Position numbers and translations under genes: made by a program. A stretch of DNA of 64,000 nt from Eledone cirrhosa. Its lineage: Eukaryota. The stretch covers positions 281,294,001-281,358,000 of the forward strand of contig OZ024740.1 of assembly GCA_964016885.1 (NCBI GenBank), given 5' to 3'. Shown piece after piece: positions 40,895 to 54,566 of the stretch. The notes under the pieces are model-generated. The model was not told the origin of the DNA. It did no database searches and was given only the letters and a program-made list of their open reading frames with translations. The first letter of the stretch is position 1. Each line of letters opens with the position of its first letter.

Positions 40895-40973
40895 CTGTTA
40901 CCGACGGTTTCACCATTCCAAATATTAGAAATCCAGAGAATTTCCAATGGAAAGAAATGGATCTTCAGACAGC
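40895..40973 (-). ncRNA. Hammerhead ribozyme (unit 2)
   Basis: Same motif 466 bp away. Stem I ctgt/acag. Confidence 0.8.
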
Positions 40974-41363
40974 TTATTTCCATACTATAAAGTTGCCAGC
41001 CTTACCGAAAGTAAATATTTCGCTTCCTGCCCAACGCATGCGGTCAAGCCGTTAAAATTAGACACACGCAAATTCAGGTCGCAGATAATAGCTGTTTATT
41101 ATAAACGTGTTGATACTGCCACTAAAATTAGTAGCATTATTCAACGTTTTGTTCTCTACATAAGGAGAAAATTATAAAAGTGGATGAATTCTTCAACAGG
41201 CACTAAGTACTTGTAGAAATATGCAAGGTGTTTATAATATTTGTGGTTCGATAGTACTAATTTGAGATACCAGAACAATATAAAAAGAGAGCAATAGAAC
41301 AGGTGATTATTTAAATCGTTTTTAATTTATTTAGAAAATTGTTTGATAACCGCTTGCTCCGCT

Positions 41364-41447
<84 letters not shown>

Positions 41448-41614
41448 ATGTAGATATAGATAAATGTATAGTGATGTTTGTTGATTATGGGCTGGAGATC
41501 TTTCCCGATACAATAAACCTCTCTCCAGTATAGATTTACTTATCATGTATTTCAAAACCATTCCACCTATGGAACATCCATCTTCCTATCGACACACACA
41601 CACACACACACACA

Positions 41615-41718
<104 letters not shown>

Positions 41719-42818
41719 TTTTTTTTATTTTATTTAATGTGTGCGTATGTGTGTGTAATTATAATGAATGAAGCCCAGACCCCATCTATTTTAAAATTAC
41801 ATTTAATGCTATGTTATGAATTCTTAATATAAAATGTTAGAAAGATTTGGCGAAATTCGAGCCTTCAATTGTGACAGACAGACCAAAAATGTAATACAAT
41901 CCTTATAATATGAATAAACTATTTTTTCTTATGTTCTATGTAATGGGACAAGCTGTATGTAAACTCAGTTTTTATCGATGTTTTATTATTTCATTTATAA
42001 GACCACTCTTAATCGACAGCTTTTATGTTTACGTTTGCTAAGTTAAACATAATTTAAACGCCATCTATTCCCTTAACAATAAACTATTTACCTACATATA
42101 GGAAAACTATGTCTAAAAACATTAAATAATATGTCAAGCGTCTTGAAATAATATATGACGTCAATGTTCGTGAATATACCTGGATATTTGAATGCATGTA
42201 AATATTATGTGTGTATAGAGCATGTATCTGTGGAAATGTTTAGTACACTGAGGATGTGCGCAACTATATATAAAAGTATGTATGATCGTGATTTTGCATT
42301 TGAATTATAGTATGCAATATTTTAAGGTATATTACGATGTACTTGTATGTATGTTCGACAATCACGATATTAAAGTGAGCAAATAAAATCAAAAAGTGAA
42401 ACAGGTTTTTATTTTTGAAGAGAGAAAGAAACCAATTATTTCGGCTCCATGCAACGTTATAGCTGATATGCTAATGTTTAATTAAATTCTTTGTATAAAT
42501 TATTAGAGAATGCTGGAATTGCGCGTGGTGTTATTATCTTAAACTGTTAAATTGGAATATGAAATTGAATATAAAACGGAATAGGACTACTACAACCGAA
42601 ATGTGGAGATAAGAAGGAAGAAATCGAAACCGAACAGATGTAGGATAACGAAGGTAAGATAATGCAGTTACATCGAAATGAAAACAAAAGTTTGATCCTG
42701 TAGTAGATTAAATCGAATATATGAAAGACGAACGTATTAGAGAAATAAAAGTTTGGGAGAGATACAGATGTACTTAAATTATTAACCATTGAAGTACACT
42801 GTGTGTGTTTATATATAC

Positions 42819-42846
<28 letters not shown>

Positions 42847-42857
<11 letters not shown>

Positions 42858-43357
42858 AAGATAGACATAGAATATTCGAAAATATTCTGTATGTTTATAA
42901 TAAACATTTTGAAGACCTAATTGTAATACGTGACGTATTCTATTCTATAGCGATTAGGTCTTCAAAATGTTTATTATAAACATACAGAATATTTTCGAAT
43001 ATTCTATGTCTATCTTCACATATATATCGCTATTTCAGAGCATTTATTCCAATTTCTAATTTCTGCCGGACCGGCAACCGCTCTTTCAAACCAGTTCCTG
43101 TACACAGCTAAGTATTCTATAAGTCTCTAGCTGTGTCATTCTCGATAAAAGCACTGGATATGTAATCCTGAAGATTTCTAATGAGAATGAAACGCGTAGG
43201 TTACTTCCCTTGCTTTTATCGAGAATCTAATTGTAATACGTGACGTATTCTATTCTATAGCGATTAGGTCTTCAAAATGTTTATTATAAACATACAGAAT
43301 ATTTTCGAATATTCTATGTCTATCTTCACATATATATCGCTATTTCAGAGCATTTAT

Positions 43358-43363
<6 letters not shown>
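42847..43363 (+). mobile_element. Retrozyme-like element: 310-bp unit + 137-bp terminal redundancy + 5' inversion
   Basis: 42917-43053 = 43227-43363. 42847-42921 is the reverse complement of 42953-43027. Flanked by (TA)n. Confidence 0.85.
43138..43226 (+). ncRNA. Type I hammerhead with extended stem I
   Basis: gtaatc-CTGAAGA-tttct(aatg)agaat-GAAA-cgcg-TA-ggttac, extended by a 16-bp helix attctcgataaaagca/tgcttttatcgagaat. Confidence 0.9.
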
Positions 43364-43406
<43 letters not shown>

Positions 43407-43498
43407 CCAGAAGTGTAATTAACCAACACATATTCAAATTCATATATATATATGAACACATATATATGAACACATGAATATATATATACACACACATT

Positions 43499-43550
<52 letters not shown>

Positions 43551-43856
43551 TATACTTGGGGAGGGTCATATTTGTGTAATATTGCCAGAATTAATAACAG
43601 AACATACTCACTGTTTGGTTGGTTTTCGGTTTTCGCTTTTCGCTTCTGTGTCTTTTATATCGGTAATCTAATTTATTCGGTCCTCGATGTTGCCATTGAC
43701 TGACCAACGGTCAAAAATAATACAGATACAATGTAGACACAAACACATATATATAGTTTATCAAAGTTCTTTCGTCGCACATCTGCAACATCGTCAGTGG
43801 TGCTATTGTTTCCTCCCGTTGCATTGTATTTTCTACGCCATCTTTGTATTTTCAAA

Positions 43857-43954
<98 letters not shown>

Positions 43955-43955
43955 C

Positions 43956-44027
43956 ATAGGAATTGTATAGTTTGTGTGCGTAAAGTTTAATTTTAATCTT
44001 TACGCACACAAACTATACAATTCCTAT
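43956..44027. repeat. Perfect 30-bp-arm inverted repeat
   Basis: ataggaattgtatagtttgtgtgcgtaaag-(12 nt)-ctttacgcacacaaactatacaattcctat. Confidence 0.9.
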
Positions 44028-44452
44028 CTCATGTATGTTGCTACCATAAGAAGCTCCTTTTCGGTCAGAACATCTTGGATTTCAACCCTACATTCTCCAT
44101 GAACATAGTTACTTCTCCAAACATACGCGTACATTTAATCTTGCGTGTAATTTATATATAAAGGCTGAACATTTATATATCTTAGAAATAAATTAATTAA
44201 ATGTCATTCTCATCTTTAATCTAATCCACTGTTTAGTAATCAACATAAAATATATGATTTCATTAATCAAAGATCCTAGTTTGTATGACTGTTTATTTAT
44301 TCAGTAATCCTTGTATATATAGCATACCATTCATAGATTCCAAGCATCCATCGCTATTGTCGTCATTATTGACGGCCCCTTTTCACTGAATTGCTGGCCT
44401 TGTGCCAAAAGTAGAAACAATTATTGACGGCGCGTGTCTACAGGTATATAAT

Positions 44453-44773
44453 TGGCACTCCGTCGTAACCGACGTTGAGTGTTCCAGTTGATCCGATCAA
44501 CGGAACAGCCTGCTCGTGAAATTAATGTGCCAGTGGCTGAGGATTCCACAGGCACTTGTACCCTTAACGTAGTTGTCAGGGAGATTCAGCGTGACACCAA
44601 ACGTGACAAGGCTGGCCCTTTGAATTACAGATACAACTCATTTTGCAAGCTGAGTGGACCGAAGCAACGAGAAATAAAATGTCTTGCTCAAGGACAAAAC
44701 GCGCTGCCGGAAATCGAACTGACGACCTTACGATTGTGAGCCGAATACCCTAACCACAAAGCCACGCGCCTTC
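44453..44773 (-). mobile_element. tRNA-derived CORE-type SINE
   Basis: Minus: ggcgcgtggctttgtggttag (A-box), agttcgatttcc (B-box), gtccttgagcaagacatttta (CORE-like). Partial copy at ~36890-36955(+). Confidence 0.8.
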
Positions 44774-46074
44774 ACATAAAGGAAGAAATGTATGCGTGAG
44801 ATTATAAAATGTATAGAATTAACATACCTTAATTATTTTCGGAACACATTTTATTTTTCCCAGTTTCAGTTATTTTCTCATTTCTTTTTATTCCAGAATC
44901 ACGGGGAAACGGTGAACTATTCTTTACTAATCGATCTTAAAAATTCGACTATAATGTCACGGAAATCTTGTGAGAATATAATCCCAAAAGCATGTGTTTA
45001 TACATCTTACAAATATGATTGCTGCTAAAATATTAAAATCTAATACTGATTTCTGACAATAATCAATTAAATCTATCCAGCAGTTAACTAGTTTTAATTT
45101 TGCTGATCTTTAAAGATACATGGTAAAGATCTCTTTTCAAAGGATGGTCATCATATGCTGAGAAAAGATGAAATACTCTTCTGTAGACCACTTCCCATTA
45201 ATCTTCACTATTCAGCTGACACTCTCTGTCATTAAATGTTCATTATTACCTGTTGTAGTTTAGTTTTCTGCCACTTATAAATTATTCTTTGCTATCTTCA
45301 CCACCGTCCTTATTCTCAGTCATTTTTTTGTCCGGCACAAATTGAAGGTCTCCAGAAGACAAAACCAATTTTGCTGATTTGCGTCGCTCTTCTCTGTGTA
45401 ACGCCCATAAACTTGTCGATCTCATCTCGCTATCACACATGTTTTCTTCGACTACATTAACCTGTCCCCTACCTCGATTTCCATTCTGTGCTCAGTATTT
45501 CCAGCTGTTGATGTTTTATGCAAATCATATTAGTCATTGTTCATACATAAACATGAAAATTCTACCCCATTGAATATTTCGTTCGATTAGTTTGTTTACA
45601 TATACTTAACTATTCACATGTGTGTGAGTTTCAACTTCTCGTTTTTATTGTATTCCAGATTGATGGCTTGAAACAAATTTAAAATGTGTTTTCCTTGAAA
45701 AACAAATTTTAATCTGAAGCACAAACTATTTAGAAATAACTTTCATACTTTAATCTGTTTTAAACATTTGTATTGTTAGAGTGGATATTACGGCCCTTTA
45801 CGTTCTGAGTTCAAATCCCACCGAGGTTAACTTTGCCTTACATATTTACGGAGGTCGATAAAATAAAGTACCAGTAATGTACTGAGAAAAGATGAAATGC
45901 TCTTCTGTAGACCACTTACCCGCAAAAAAGATATTTCTGGCCTTGTGCCTATAGTAAAAATCATTATGTTGAAGTGGATAAAATCCAAAACATTTCTATA
46001 TTTAAAACGACATATTTCAAAATAGGCAATAGTGCTGAAACTCAATGTTTGGAGGAGGGGCATAAATATCGGTT

Positions 46075-46286
46075 TATTATATAGGCACAAGGCCAGTGAT
46101 TTTGGGGGCGGGGAAAGTCGATTAAATCGACTCCAGTGCGTGACTGGTACTTTATTTTATCGACCCCGTGAGGATGAAAGGCAAAGTTAACCTCGGCGGA
46201 ATTTGAAATCAGATCATAAAGGGCCGTAACTCTTTGCTACAAAGCATGGCGTCCGACTCTCTACCGATACTGCCAATCCACCGCCC
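46075..46286 (-). mobile_element. tRNA-derived SINE, full length
   Basis: Reverse complement of the 24593 family. Confidence 0.85.
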
Positions 46287-47103
46287 TCGAGGGGCATGGA
46301 TATTAAACACTATTTTTAACATAGTAGAGCAAAGAGTACTGAATTAGAATAAGGCACTCTTGTTCAAATCCACTACAAAAGAGTTTGGTTAATTTTTAGA
46401 CAGAACATTTTATCTCATATTACCTCAATTCATCTAGGTTTCAAAATAATCGTTTCCGAATCTTAAATATCCAAAATATCAGTTATTCTATTTGCTATGC
46501 TTCCTATTTCTTTACAAAATACGAACCGTTAACCTCTTACCCAGTTTTGTGTTACATTTTCGACTCAAACCATTACGTTTTCTTAGTTTACTAGACTGTT
46601 ATCAAATAGATAGCATGCATTTTGGAAACAGGTCAATAGGGCTGACCACCCATTGATACATATCTATTAGCATTTAAAATGAAGCAATTGATTCTATTTA
46701 CTCAACGAATGTGTGAATTAGATTAATTTTAAAATCTTATTAACCTATAATTCATCAAACATTGCTGTGTAAATTTATTTGGCAACATTTGTATTAAATT
46801 CTTAATATTTCATAAAATTTAGTACAGAAAATCAATATATGTCACAGACTGTCTCAATCAATACTCTCTTTTATTATTGTTTTATTGTTTATTGTTTTAC
46901 TATTGTTCAACAAGAATATATTGTATCAACATAATTGTCCGGAAAATATTTTCAGTAAAGTTTTGGATGAATTATGTTTTCACTATTCAAAGTAAAACTG
47001 TCTAACGGATTTTATATTTTTATTGTTTTTCATGCCTTATGAATTTCTATTACGAAGACTTGTTTCGTCTCTCTCTCTTTCCTGTATGCTGTTTCATTTT
47101 CAG

Positions 47104-47266
47104 CGTCCATAACTTCTGTTGCTGGCGCCTTGAAGTTGAAAAGATAACCTCAAACCGAAGATCCAACCCAAATGCTTCCAATAGAGTGAGCTCCATCAAA
47201 TATACCGAACGGCCATGCGATGATGTTGAATCGGGAAACAGATTAAATCCATCACCAAATGAGTGA
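47104..47266 (+). CDS. Candidate terminal coding exon of an unidentified host gene
   Basis: Pyrimidine-rich tract ending ttttcag at 47103, then a GC-elevated open frame VHNFCCWRLEVEK...PSPNE* in otherwise AT-rich unique DNA. No homology recognised. Confidence 0.3.
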
Positions 47267-48034
47267 ACAATTCCTCCGACAAGATTCTACAGAGATTCCC
47301 ACAGAATGAGATTGAAGCTAAAACTATGTAGGTGTGTAGAGAATTTATTAATCACGCAGCAATGCGTGTGTCTTTTATAGTCTATGCGATGTTGTTTAAG
47401 ATTATATTTCAAAACTAGAGTACCTTATTTCACGCAATAGTCAAACCCTAGTCGAAAATCATTTGTCTTGTCTTCATAACTCTTTAAATAAATGATATCG
47501 TGATCATTTTTCTATTTGCGCCCGGTGGAAAATCAAGATACATATCAATTATGTATAAATGTCTATCTCTATGAAGACTAACTACTAAGTTACGATTTAC
47601 AATTGTTTGGGAAAAATTATACCATGTTTTTTAAAGATCATATCAACAAGCATATCTAGCCTTAGTCACGTCTTGACATATGACGAATGTTTACAATTAT
47701 TGAAACTGCTAATTCTTATATAGACTATATAAGCGTTATATCATAATCTCCTTATAATATATAACCAGCAATTTCTCTGTCTGTCTGTCCGACAGTGGAA
47801 ACACGTGCGCGCGTGGTTGCTATATCTCTCTCTCTCCAGCTATCCCTCTCTTTTAGTCTGTCTGTTTCTCTCACTCTCACTCTTTCTCTTTGTAACATAC
47901 TAACATTCCTCCCCTCTATCGCTGTGACGAATGGGGAGATGGAGGAGGAGGAGGAGGAGGAGAGAGTCACTTCGTCACTTCACCTCTGCCTTTCTTTCTC
48001 TCCCCTCTCACTCCCTCATTACGTACAGACATTA

Positions 48035-48227
48035 GGGCGGTGGATTGGCAGAATCTGTAGAGAGTCGGACACCATACTTCATAGCATGGAGTTACGTTCC
48101 TTTACGGTCTGAGTTCAAATACCGCCGAGGTTAACTTTGTCTTTCATCCTCACGGGGTCGATAAAATAAAGTACCAGTAATGTACTGGGTATTTGCTGGC
48201 CTTGTGCCAAAAGTAGAAACAATTATT
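48035..48227 (+). mobile_element. tRNA-derived SINE, full length
   Basis: Same family as 24593-24780. Confidence 0.85.
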
Positions 48228-48345
48228 AGAAACATTGCTTCATTTTTACATATATAAGCATTAGTAAAATAACTAATAATTTCAAAAGTAATTTTTCAAT
48301 TCCAATTGTTATGAACAGCAAAACATTAATAATAATTTTGTTCTA

Positions 48346-48596
48346 AGAAATATATATACATTTCTGTGTGTGTAATATATATATATATACACCCACAGAA
48401 ATATATATACATTTCTGTGTGTGTAATATATATATATATACACACACAGAAATATAAATACATTTCTGTGTGTGTAATATATATATATATACACACACAG
48501 AAATATATATATATACACACAGAAATATATATACATTTCTGTGTGTGTAATATATATATATATGCACACAGAAATATATATACATTTCTATGCCTG

Positions 48597-48655
<59 letters not shown>

Positions 48656-48693
48656 GAAATATATATACATTTCTGTGTGTGTAATATATATAT
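48346..48693. repeat. ~50-bp self-complementary minisatellite
   Basis: About 6-7 units of agaaatatatatacatttctgtgtgtgtaatatat(at)n acacacac. Confidence 0.85.
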
Positions 48694-48820
48694 AGACTAG
48701 AACTGTTTCATTCTTGAGAAATCACCAGGAATATATATATATATATATTGGTTAGTTTCAGAAGATCCCGTTAAGGGTGAAAGCAGCGATTCTTTGCTTA
48801 AACTTTAATCTTTTATTTTA

Positions 48821-48880
<60 letters not shown>

Positions 48881-50393
48881 GTACGTATGTAATATATTAA
48901 TAATATATATATAATGTATGTATATATAATATATAATATATATATATATGTTAGTAAATACGAAGAAATATTTATACTATTCCACACACATATCTGTTAG
49001 AACACGAAAAGTGTGAACCAACAGAATGTTCACTTTTCGTGTTCTAACATATATGCCTAGCTTCTCTAAAAAATTTTCGGGGATAGCCGTGGTGGTGGTG
49101 ATCGTATGTCATTGGCTAATTTTCAACCAATCAGAGTACCTCTCTCTATATCTCTTCCACTGTTACTTACGCCTGTTTCTCTCTATCTGTTCCGTCTCTA
49201 TTTATATCTCTTACTCTTTCGCTTTGCACTCCTCCCCTTCAATACCATCTCTCCCCCTCTCTATATATTTGTTACACTATCGCTGCACGCTCCTCTCCTT
49301 CAATATATCAATTACACACGCTTTACACTCCTTTATCCCCAGCGCCCCTATATATACACCCCCCCTCTCCCGCATCTATACTTTAATGTACCGTTGCACC
49401 GTGAATATATGTGTCTATATATATATATATACATATATATTGTATATACACATTCATGTATGTGTATACACACTCATGTATGTATATACACTGGTTTTAT
49501 GTGTGTATTGTAAATTTGTACTGTTAAAACACGAAACTAAGATTCGATTGACACTTTGATTACCTGTACAGGCAATAGTTATTAGAATGCTGTTGAAGTG
49601 TGTATATATTTTTGGGGGGACATCCTGTATATACACACATTATATATAATACAATAAACAGATAAATACACACATATATATATGAGCTTATTTAATTATA
49701 AATATTGTGAATTTTTAACTCAGTTCAATTATATATATAAATGGCTTCTACAGGACTAGAACTGTTTCATTCGAAAGAAATCATCATAATATTGAGAGGG
49801 GGGACTAGATAAAATATTTCAAATCAAATGTGTATAAGTTATAAGTTAAAATGTATAAATAGAGACGATAGTGGAGGTATATCTGTTTAGTGGAACAGTA
49901 GACGATAGAATTAAATACAGACGAGAATCTCCCTTTAATGAAACAGCAGACGATAGAATTAAGGCAATTTAAATTTTAAGCATTTGCATTTTTGCCTTTC
50001 ATCGTTACGGGGTCGATAAAATAAAGTACCAGTAATACACTGTCACTAGACGACTTTCAAATTGAATTGTTGGTTCCATTTCTTTAGTATTTTCAATTGT
50101 AGTTATCTACTTAAAAAGCGTTACACGGTTAGAGACATAATTGGTAAGTTATATCTTCCCTATTAAACCATTGCATTATTTCGCCTACAAAAATGAAATG
50201 TTCTTTAAAGAAACAGGAATATAACTTTATAAAAAAAAAAGTTGCATCCGCTTCTTTTATCATTGATAATTTTTTCGTTTTAATATTAATTGTTTTTTGT
50301 AGTTGTTTATATTAAAAATCTTACTGTAATATTTACTTAAACGAAGGCAGACATCCAAACTTATAGATTAATCTTGAGCGAAGGACTAGATAA

Positions 50394-50469
<76 letters not shown>

Positions 50470-51692
50470 GAAGAATGATAACATTTCAAGCAAGGAGTTT
50501 AATTAGGTAATGACTTACAAATTTGTTTCAGTATATAGACAAAGCCTGAAGCGCTAATTATAATAATTAGTTAATAATATTACAAAATATATTAATATTA
50601 TATTAAATATATACTGAAACCAATCAGTTTAGCAGAAAGTTTCCAGCCAAGAAACACGCATATTTTGCTATCCTCAAACACGTTTACACATGGCATGAAA
50701 TATAACTAATCCGAGATGGCTAGGTTTCATCTTCTAACTGGATATACGAAATCCATTATGTCTTGACAACAACATGAGGTAACATTATGTTATTCACAGA
50801 CACACTTTGTACACTGTTCCATATCAGAATGTATTTCCTTCGTCACATTCACAAACAGTATTGAAAATATGTTCTTCGGCAAATAAAAATGTTTTGTTCA
50901 TAATATTTCAACTAGCGATTGCTCTACTCCACGCACGACCACCATAAATTAATGACCAGCTCAACACAAGTATTGGTAGAGCGTCAGACACCATGCTTTG
51001 CAGTATTGTTATGGTCCTTTGCATTCTAAGTTCAAATCCTGCCGAGGTTAACTTCGACTTTCATACTTACTAATTCGATAAAATAAAGTACCAGTAATGG
51101 ACTGCCGTAATGGATTTGTGCCGAAAAATAGAAACACTATTAATGTGCAATAAGAGCAAAATATAACGACATTGCTCAATTATTTTATCTAATGTTGTAA
51201 TAACACAAGGAAATGTTGTTTGTGTATTTTTTTTTATATTTGCTCATAGGCTTTTACAATTTCGCTCAGCCAACAACTATTAAAAAGTGAGTTGCTTAAG
51301 ATAACAATTTAATCACAAATTGTTGCTATCTTTTAATACACTCCAACAAGTCATCAAATTATGTACAATAAAAACAAATCTTATTAATTTGCTCAGGGAA
51401 TATAAAGAAAATGTATATACACTGATAATTGCAATTGTATGTAAATATTTTGTTTTTGTATTGTATATTTTATGTTTTCTATTATGTATAATATATTGAT
51501 TTAATATTGATTGTTTTTTGTAGTTGTTTATATTAAAAGTCTGAAAATATTTTTATACATCTTACACTAATATTTATAAGATAATTTATAATAACAATTA
51601 CATAATCTAATTACATTACAACGATAATTTATTATTAATATATATCCTGTTTAACTAGAGTTATTACAAGCGTTGCCTTAAAAAAATATTAA

Positions 51693-52649
51693 ACTAGACA
51701 TGAAAAATGCGCAAGCTCAAAAGTGCCACAGAATGTTATAATAAACCTTCAAAAGTGTGGGACTAGAGTTGTTGCTAAAAAATATTGTAATCATTATATA
51801 TCGTACATTCTGTGGCATCCTTTATAAAAATAGCTTAAACCAACGAAGCCTTTATTTTTACGCTATTTCACTTAGTTAATTCTTAGAGTGTAACATATAA
51901 AAATAAATACATCTATGTTTAATGTAATAACAGCTATAAATAATTACGTAATATTATTATCATATACTCATAGTAACAAAATAATTGTGTTGAAACTTAA
52001 TATGATGCTTATATGAACGATCAAATCTATAATGATAATTTCTTAAATATACTAATAGTAAAATAATTTAGTTATCTATTGTTACATTTTCATAGAACTA
52101 TAATATTAACAATCGTATTGCATTATCAAATTTTTATCACTACAAACTTTCATATTGGAATTACCTTAAGCCACTTATTATTACTTCGCTTTCGTACTTT
52201 TACAGCTGTAGATATTGCGCTGTATCTTATATCTAACATCAATATCTCGTGGTAATTTGCATGAAGTGTAAAATAGGTTTATTAATAACTTTAATATGAA
52301 ATGTATTATACAGGGCTGCGGAGTCGGCCAAAAATTGACTGGCTCCAACTCAGGATCCGATACTCCATTATTTCCTAAATTTCAGCTCCGCAGCTCTGTT
52401 ATTATATTAATTAATTTATTTTATAGTTGTAAATCATATTTTTATATGTTACACTCTAAGAATTAACTAAGTGAAATAGCGTAAAAATAAAGGCTTCGTT
52501 GGTTTAAGCTATTTTTATAAAGGATGCCACAGAATGTACGATATATAATGATTACAATATTTTTTAGCAACAACTCTAGTCCCACACTTTTGAAGGTTTA
52601 TTATAACATTCTGTGGCACTTTTGAGCTTGCGCATTTTTCATGTCTAGT
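51693..52649. repeat. 213-bp inverted repeat arms ending in CTAGT (Helitron-like 3' ends facing outward)
   Basis: 51693-51905 is the reverse complement of 52437-52649, with a ~530-bp spacer. Confidence 0.85.
52311..52398. mobile_element. 88-bp hAT-type MITE
   Basis: TIRs cagggctgcggag/ctccgcagctctg. 8-bp TSD gtattata/ttattata (7/8). Confidence 0.75.
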
Positions 52650-53110
52650 AATATATATGTTATGTCGTCGACCACTGATTCCAACAACCAGCGTTCTAGG
52701 CCAGCACGTGACACCTGCGTTCCCAGCCATGGCACGCGCGACCTTGGAGTAGTTACCATGGAGATCTAGCCAGACACAGCCGAGTTCTTTGAATTTACAG
52801 ACGACAACTTTAAGACTGGCTTTTACTATTTTAACCAACTCACTGGGGCTGAGCATATAATATATATATATATGTGTGTGGGTGTTGTATGTGTGTGTAT
52901 GCGCGTGTGTGTGTGTGTGTTATATGTGTGTGTATGCGTGTGTGTGTGTATATTATATGTGTGTGTTATATGTGTGTGTGTATGTGTGTGTGTATGTGTA
53001 TGTGTGTGTGTATGTGTGTGCGTGTGTGTGGTATGTATGTGTGTGTGTGTTATATGTGTGTGTGTGTGTGTGTTTTATAAATAGGTGTGTGTTATATGTG
53101 TGTGTGTGTG

Positions 53111-53166
<56 letters not shown>

Positions 53167-53656
53167 TATATTATATATATATATTATATATGTATATTAT
53201 GTGTGTCTCTATATATATATATATACATATATATATAGGTTTAAGTGTGTATGTGCTTGTGTATGTGTGTGTTAGCGTGTGTGCATATGTGCGTATGTAT
53301 GAGTGTGTGTATGGTATGTGTGTGTTAGCGTATGTGTCTGTATGCGTGTGTGTCTGTCTGTGCGTGTGTCTGTGTGTATCTGTGTAAGTGTTTGTGTGTG
53401 TGTGTGTGTGTGTACAGGAATTCATAAGTTTCCTAAAATATGTCTGTATGCTTAATTTTTCTTAAAAATTATAAACTGGTTCTTCCTGTCAGAGATAATA
53501 ATCTGATTTGAGAATAATGCATCTCAAAATATGAACATGGGTGTATATATATTTATGTATGTGTGTGTGTGTGTCTGTGTGTGTGATTGTGTGTTTGTGT
53601 GTGTGTTAAATATATATCGACTAGCAGAAAACCACCCACCGGGTGGTTTTCTGCTA

Positions 53657-53961
53657 GTCTATATATATAAAACAGGGGATGTCTGTCTGTGTGTGTGAGT
53701 TTGAATTCCTAAAACTTGAGAAGCACACAACCTACTTTTTTAAACTTTACACATGTAATACTTATGTTTCAGGGAGTGTTCTTAGCAAAAGAAATTTCAA
53801 ATTTCCAATGACCTAGGGACCGCATTAGGTGATTTAGCGATCTCTCTCTATAATTCTTAGTCTTTCTCTTTTTAGATAGATACATACATATAACGTCGCG
53901 CCCTTATAATATATGTCTGTATGTCTGGCTGTCTGCATTACGTCACTTCCCTGACGATGTC

Positions 53962-54049
<88 letters not shown>

Positions 54050-54490
54050 TTTGAATCCCTAAAACTCTAGAACCACCCAACCGATTTTTTTCAAACTTTA
54101 CATGTGTATTACTTATGTTGCAGGGAGAGTTATGCACATAAAAAAATTCAACTTTTTGATACCCTAGCATTAGGTGAAAAACTGCGTTTTTTTAGGTTTT
54201 TAGGCTTTTTTTTAGGCTTTTTTTTCAGACAGATTTCCTTGAAATTGTAACTATGTATTAGTAAGTCTCTCCTTCATTCCGTGAGCAAAGAAAATCCAAC
54301 TTTTTATTAGGTGAAAAACTTGCATTTTTCCTGCTTCATCGAGGAAAATCTTAAAGGTTATGCAGCCATCAGAGTATTCGGTTTATTTTCTTTACATATT
54401 GTCCAGGCATGCAGTTTTTACACGAATAGGTCTGTTGGCGGCCCGTGTTCCAAAATACCTTTTCCGTGCAACGCCGGGTACCACTGTTAG

Positions 54491-54491
<1 letters not shown>
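53657..54491 (+). mobile_element. Non-autonomous Helitron-like element
   Basis: Starts TCTATATATATAAAAC...gtctgtctgtgtg. Ends ccgtgcaacgccgggtaccactgTTAGT. Internal duplication (~53680 vs ~53957). Confidence 0.65.

Positions 54492-54566
<75 letters not shown>

Larger units (their letters stand above)
40364..41367 (-). mobile_element. Retrozyme-like element: two 466-bp tandem units plus an inverted terminal piece, in (TA)n
   Basis: Units start at 40364 and 40830. 41291-41367 is an inverted copy of the junction region. One HHR per unit and no ORF of note. Confidence 0.85.

Noticed and set aside
48346-48693. CRISPR-like array
   Set aside because: No unique spacers, eukaryotic context, and no cas genes.
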